DNA from: Octopus bimaculoides
Taxonomy: Eukaryota
Reading direction: 5' to 3'
Assembly (NCBI RefSeq): GCF_001194135.2
Contig: NC_068981.1
Location: forward strand, 133,385,433 to 133,437,872
Length of the DNA stretch: 52,440 nt
Shown: in pieces, positions 47,602 to 52,440 of the stretch
Position numbering within the stretch: the first letter of the stretch is position 1
Layout of the letters: each line of letters opens with the position of its first letter
Notes under the pieces: generated by a model
The model's input: the letters and a program-made list of their open reading frames with translations, nothing else
Databases searched by the model: none
Told to the model about the DNA's origin: nothing
Position numbers and translations under genes: made by a program

Positions 47602-47602
<1 letters not shown>

Positions 47603-47697
<95 letters not shown>

Positions 47698-47714
47698 TAT
47701 ATATATATATATAT
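47603..47714. repeat. (TG)n-(TA)n microsatellite
   Basis: Seen directly. Confidence 0.95.
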
Positions 47715-47961
47715 ACAAAAATGGTTTTGAGGGATATCTGATCCTGGTGGTTACCGTGTTGTTCTCAATGCCGGCAAGCCACAGTAAATGATAGTGAAAC
47801 ACGAGTTTAAAAAATTTATATTCAAAATTGAATATGGTACTTAAGTTTAGGCACCAAAATATAGTATGGTATTATCCAAACAATTCCAAAAGCAAGGTGA
47901 TTAAAAATCAAAAAAAGCAACTCCATTTATTTAAGTAATGCGAGCATTACATTAAATGCAA

Positions 47962-48282
47962 AATGCAGAGCAATCTTCAGCTGCACAAAGATATAGAAAA
48001 TTTACTGAAAATTTCAGCAGAATGGACATATTACTGTGGTGACAACATTTAAAATCTAAGTGGGAAAGAAGAATACATTAAAAAAAACATCTTGACATAG
48101 CAGGCTAGTAATTAATTCTAGGTAGAATTCTAACTGAGCCGTGGCTATGTCAAGATGGTTTTTTTATGTATTCTTCTTTCCCACTTAGATTTTAAGTATT
48201 GTCACAACAGTAATATGTCCATTCTGCTGAAATCTTCAGTAAATTTTCTATATCATTGTTCAGCTGAAGATTGCTCTGCATT
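47962..48282. repeat. Long foldback inverted repeat (140/139-bp arms, 42-nt spacer)
   Basis: 47962-48101 vs reverse complement of 48144-48282: about 7 substitutions and one 1-nt indel by eye (about 94%). Confidence 0.95.
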
Positions 48283-48409
48283 GATTAGACTAGGTAACTT
48301 CGCAGGGTAAGAGTTCTGGGAACAATATTTGACATTTTAGTGTGGAATTAAGTGGTTGATATACTGTGGCAGAACAAAAAGCGACAGGTTCTTCATGTGA
48401 GTTGATTCG

Positions 48410-48723
48410 AGATGCCATGTTATTTGAATTAGAAGCATCCAAACTTGTCTTGTGGAACTCACTTCATGGTCATGTAAAAAGAGGAAAACATCGTCACATT
48501 TACATCGACAGTTTAATCGCAGACGCTGCGATTAAATCGCACTGCAACTTAATCGCACTGCAATTTAATTGCACTGCAATTTAATCGCACTGCAATTTAA
48601 TTGCACTGCAATTTAATCGCAGAATGTATCCAGGACCTCGAGGTAGTAATAATGGACCGAAAAGTGTGACTGGTAGACTTTGCTGCTGCGGCCCGGGCTG
48701 GAACCCGGCCATAATAATAATAA
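48410..48723 (+). mobile_element. 5'-truncated RTE-type LINE 3' end with (TAA)n tail
   Basis: ASKLVLWNSLHGHVKRGKHRHIYIDSLIAD..[insert]..ECIQDLEVVIMDRKV*..RP then TAATAATAATAA at 48712-48723. Confidence 0.72.
48532..48622. repeat. 16-bp minisatellite (TTTAATYGCACTGCAA), about 5.6 copies
   Basis: Seen directly. Confidence 0.95.
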
Positions 48724-48752
48724 TATTTGATTATTCATAAATGTATGTAACA

Positions 48753-48952
48753 TTGGTTTCAAGTTTTGGCACAAAGCCAGCAGGTTTGTGGGAGGGCTAA
48801 GTCGATTAATTTGATCCCAGTCTTCAACTGGTACTTATTTTATCGACCGAAAAGAATGACAGGCAAAGACGACCTTGGCGGAATTTGAACTCGGACGAAA
48901 TGTCGCCAAGCATTTCGCCCAGTATGCTAACGATCTGCCGGCTCCCCACCTT
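48753..48952 (-). mobile_element. SINE family B copy
   Basis: Reverse complement of 38909-39098 by eye. Confidence 0.85.
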
Positions 48953-48984
48953 CCACAAATATATGTAATAATCACACTGTTTCA

Positions 48985-49238
48985 GGTGGTCATCTGGCAG
49001 AATTGGGAATAACGGGAATAATGCTTAGCAGCATCTCGTCCGTCTTTACGTTCTGAGTTCAAATTCCGCCAATGTTGACTTTATCTTTAATCCTTTTGGG
49101 GTCGATAAAATAAGTACTACTGGAACACTNNNNNNNNNNNNNNNNNNNNNNNNNNNNNNNNNNNNNNNNNNNNNNNNNNNAATCGTCTTTTCTCCTACTC
49201 CTAACTTCCTGGGCTTACGCTAGATTTTGAAACCAGTA
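48985..49238 (+). mobile_element. SINE family B copy interrupted by a gap
   Basis: TGGCAGAA..GTTCTGAGTTCAAATTCCGCC..GGGGTCGATAAAATAAGTAC. Confidence 0.85.
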
Positions 49239-49923
49239 TTCACAATGTTAAAATGACGATTATAGCTGCTGCATGAGAGACAAAGAGAAGTATTAGTGAA
49301 TGATAAATCATTATTTGTTGAGTGCTTAGTAGTGTTTCTGAGAATTTAGACACCAGTGAGCTGACCTGAATCTGAGTTTATGACGTTTGTGTGTGCTGCA
49401 ATAGATTCCTTATAAATATGCGAGTAGTAGACGAACGTGAATCAAACTTCTTATGAGAACCAATAAGAGATCTGGGCTGAAATAATTTTCTCGCACTGAA
49501 TAAGAAGGCTCATCATTGAGATGTAGTTTTTTTGGTATGTATTTGTGGGTTCTATGCAAGATCATCAGATATATTATGTTTTAACATTTGTAGTGACTTT
49601 CCATTCCATAGGTCAATTACTTATCCAACGTAAGACAAGTTTATATCAAAAATTTAATGCAACGACCATATAAACTGTAGTCTGTATATTAACGTCAGTG
49701 ATAATGTTTATGCTATTTTTCAATGCATGAAGCTATTTGGAAATCTAAAACTTACTTGAAATAGATTCAGTTGACAAGTAGAGCCAAATTTCACACATGA
49801 GTGAATGTGGGTTGGTAACATGTAACCCCACTTTCGCTCTTTGCTTTAGTCATTAGTATATAGAGACAGTCTCTCAGCCTTTTTACATTTGACCCAGCGA
49901 AACTTCAGAAATGTTACTACTGA

Positions 49924-50010
49924 AGAGAGAGAGAGAGAGAGCGGGGAGAGAGAGAGAGAAAGGAGAGAGAGAAAGGAGAGAGAGAAAGGAGAGAGAGGAT
50001 ATGAGAGAAA
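49924..50010. repeat. (GA)n purine tract
   Basis: Seen directly. Confidence 0.9.
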
Positions 50011-50019
50011 GTGTGTAAG

Positions 50020-50180
50020 AAATGACTGCGCCAGGACTCTGCAGGTATTTATTTAGAGCCGAATGAGCTGGGCCTACTTGAAATGAAGTGTCTTTCCCAC
50101 GTACACAACACGCTGCCCGGTCTAGGAATTGATCCTCCATCATTTTGATCATGAGATCAACATCTTACCTACTTGGTCAA
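50020..50180 (-). mobile_element. Decayed SINE family D-like fragment
   Basis: TGAAATGAAGTGTCTTTCCCACGTACACAACACGCTGCCCGGTCTAGGAATTGA matches the reverse complement of the 14883 head. Confidence 0.65.
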
Positions 50181-51134
50181 GGAGCCTTCACCAGACAGAA
50201 CCCGAAACGAATATTCATATATGTAATATGTTCTCTGAAGTCTTTTAAAACATAAAGCGTCAAATAACCATAATGGTTTTTCTAGACATCAGAGTTTTTT
50301 CCCCATCTTGTTTTACAAAATATATCTCTAAATCTCTCCACCGCTCTCTCTTAGTCTTCTTCTCATGTCTGTCGTCAGTTAATTTCTGCGATCTTTTTAC
50401 ACAATGTCTATTAGTTTACGAAATCCTATAGCTTATCCAATTTAATCAACGCAAGTGTCTATCTGTCACAAAACAGAGACACAAGTAAATTTAAGATAAT
50501 TAGTCGGCAGCAGCAGCAGTAGCATCACCATTACATCATCAATAAACGTCACCACCACTACCACTACCACTTCCTCCACACCCACAAGTAATACTGTCAC
50601 TGCAACAATGACCATCGCCGCCATCCTTCTCCATTATGTTTATTGCATTGTGAATGCTACCACAGCAAGAAACGCGACAACAACCACAAAATTCTAATAC
50701 TAATACAATTAGGTCTGCTGTGTGTAAGGGAGGGGAGAGAATTTTGCAGTGGAAGTATAGAGGAAATATGATGGGGGGGNNNNNNNNNNNNNNNNNNNNN
50801 NNNNNNNNNNNNNNNNNNNNNNNNNNNNNNNNNNNNNNNNNNNNNNNNNNNNNNNNNNNNNNNNNNNNNNNNNNNNNNNNNNNNNNNNNNNNNNNNNNNN
50901 NNNNNNNNNNNNNNNNNNNNNNNNNNNNNNNNNNNNNNNNNNNNNNNNNNNNNNNNNNNNNNNNNNNNNNNNNNNNNNNNNNNNNNNNNNNNNNNNNNNN
51001 NNNNNNNNNNNNNNNNNNNNNNNNNNNNNNNNNNNNNNNNNNNNNNNNNNNNNNNNNNNNNNNNNNNNNNNNNNNNNNNNNNNNNNNNNNNNNNNNNNNN
51101 NNNNNNNNNNNNNNNNNNNNNNNNNNNNNNNNNN

Positions 51135-51214
<80 letters not shown>

Positions 51215-51600
51215 GATGTCATGAGAATTTATGAATTTCGAGAGAATGTGGATACCGAAGTAGATAAGGCTATAAGTAATAGCGTGAAAATTCGCATCCT
51301 ACAGGTAGGCTTCAACATTTTTTATGTAATAATGTTTTTTCAACCTAATATATTTACACTACCATTTACAGAAATCCACCGTTGTAAAAATGAAATATAC
51401 ATATTTAGCCTCATTCGCCACCAGCATTAATAGTCCAAATATTCGTCCAGAAGAAGAAATCAATCCTCGGATTCCAGAGGCGAGCGGGCGATGACATACC
51501 TACCTATCTGCCTACTTACCTACCTACCTACATATATACATACATACATACATACATAGTTACAAGCATACATGCATACATACATACATTAATATATCTA

Positions 51601-51636
<36 letters not shown>

Positions 51637-51639
<3 letters not shown>

Positions 51640-52423
51640 GGTGCGGTAAATATATTGTCGTCTAAATTAGGCATATATTTCCCCAAATTATGTAAAAATA
51701 TATAGAAATAATAAAGAGTAAAGTTATTCAATATAATCGCAACTCTTCGCAATGCTCTCCTTGTTTAAATTGGTGAATGCTGCCATATTCCTTGCCTTCA
51801 GTTCATTTTGGTGTTACAAGGAGTTTTGTTGGTCTCTCGCTCAATTGCGACCCGCACGTAATAATCAAGGGGGTACACTCTGGGGAGTTAGGTAGCCAGA
51901 TGTTAGTAGTGTAGTCGCAGAAATTGTTTGACAGCCATTACTGGGTTCTCCTGCTTGTCTTGTTACTAGACATAAGGTCTTCCAGCAGCCACCCTCTTGA
52001 CCCATGGCAGCACTACTACCTTCTCCAGGCACTCGATGTAGGCCTCCGTGTTGAGTGTGAGGCTGTGTGGGAGGATGAATGGAGGTATGACATTGCCATC
52101 ACTACTGATCACTCCAAACACCATCATGTTGAATGGAAGTTTCATTTTTATCAATCTCTCTACATGTTTTGGGGACACGGCAAGCCAACGGTTGTTCTGT
52201 GCGTTTACCATTTGTCCGTATTGGAGCTACCGGCGCGAATGCCAAGCAGTACATGTCGTTTCCTAATTTCTGGAAGACTGAATTGCGTCATGGTGGTGTC
52301 TCACTCACAGACGATGCCCAACTAACCCTACAATACTGTGTAATCGAAAAAAATCGAGAACAAACACTACGCATGTGCGAAATTAAGAATATAAAAGGGC
52401 GACAATTTACCTATCGCAAACTG
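51637..52423 (-). mobile_element. 787-bp maT-like deletion derivative with both TIRs, inside (TA)n
   Basis: TIRs CAGGGTGCGGTAAATATATTGTCG / CAGTTTGCGATAGGTAAATTGTCG (rc), TA on both sides. Minus frames MTQFSLPEIRKRHV, NNRWLAVSP..MMVFGVISSDGNVIPPFILP..LPWVKRVAAGRPYV. Confidence 0.9.
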
Positions 52424-52440
52424 TATATATATATATATAT

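Noticed and set aside
21540-48143. Both non-SINE foldbacks have 42-nt spacers
   Set aside because: Arms and spacers share no sequence; two cases are compatible with coincidence.
48532-48622. Repeat array as CRISPR-like
   Set aside because: Contiguous tandem units with no unique spacers, in eukaryotic DNA with no cas genes.

Overview
Eukaryotic, AT-rich, repeat-dense DNA with about 5.8 kb of assembly gaps (15 N runs, about 11% of the window), most of them next to microsatellites. The SINE families and microsatellite density look like an octopus (coleoid cephalopod) genome; this is recall, not verified. I can support no intact host gene, rRNA, true tRNA gene or CRISPR array, and most supplied ORFs are gap or microsatellite artefacts. 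The window holds about five SINE families (30+ fragments), decayed Tc1/mariner elements (one mariner, four maT/DD37D-like copies, two short TIR-bounded derivatives), LINE remnants (Tx1/L1-like ORF1 plus endonuclease, three RTE pieces, one CR1/L2-group 3' end) and many simple repeats. The most interesting signals are RNA-structural. First, three different minimal type-I hammerhead-ribozyme-like motifs of the Penelope/retrozyme kind (3451-3488, 17319-17422, 30727-30770). Second, two foldbacks that match no other repeat in the window (21482-21637, 47962-48282) and several closely spaced inverted SINE pairs that would form dsRNA if transcribed. An RTE with an internal inversion and a minisatellite apparently born from a hairpin are also notable. 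These belong to known classes; I cannot claim an undescribed system from sequence alone. All alignments and translations were done by eye, and repeat boundaries are approximate (about 10-30 bp).
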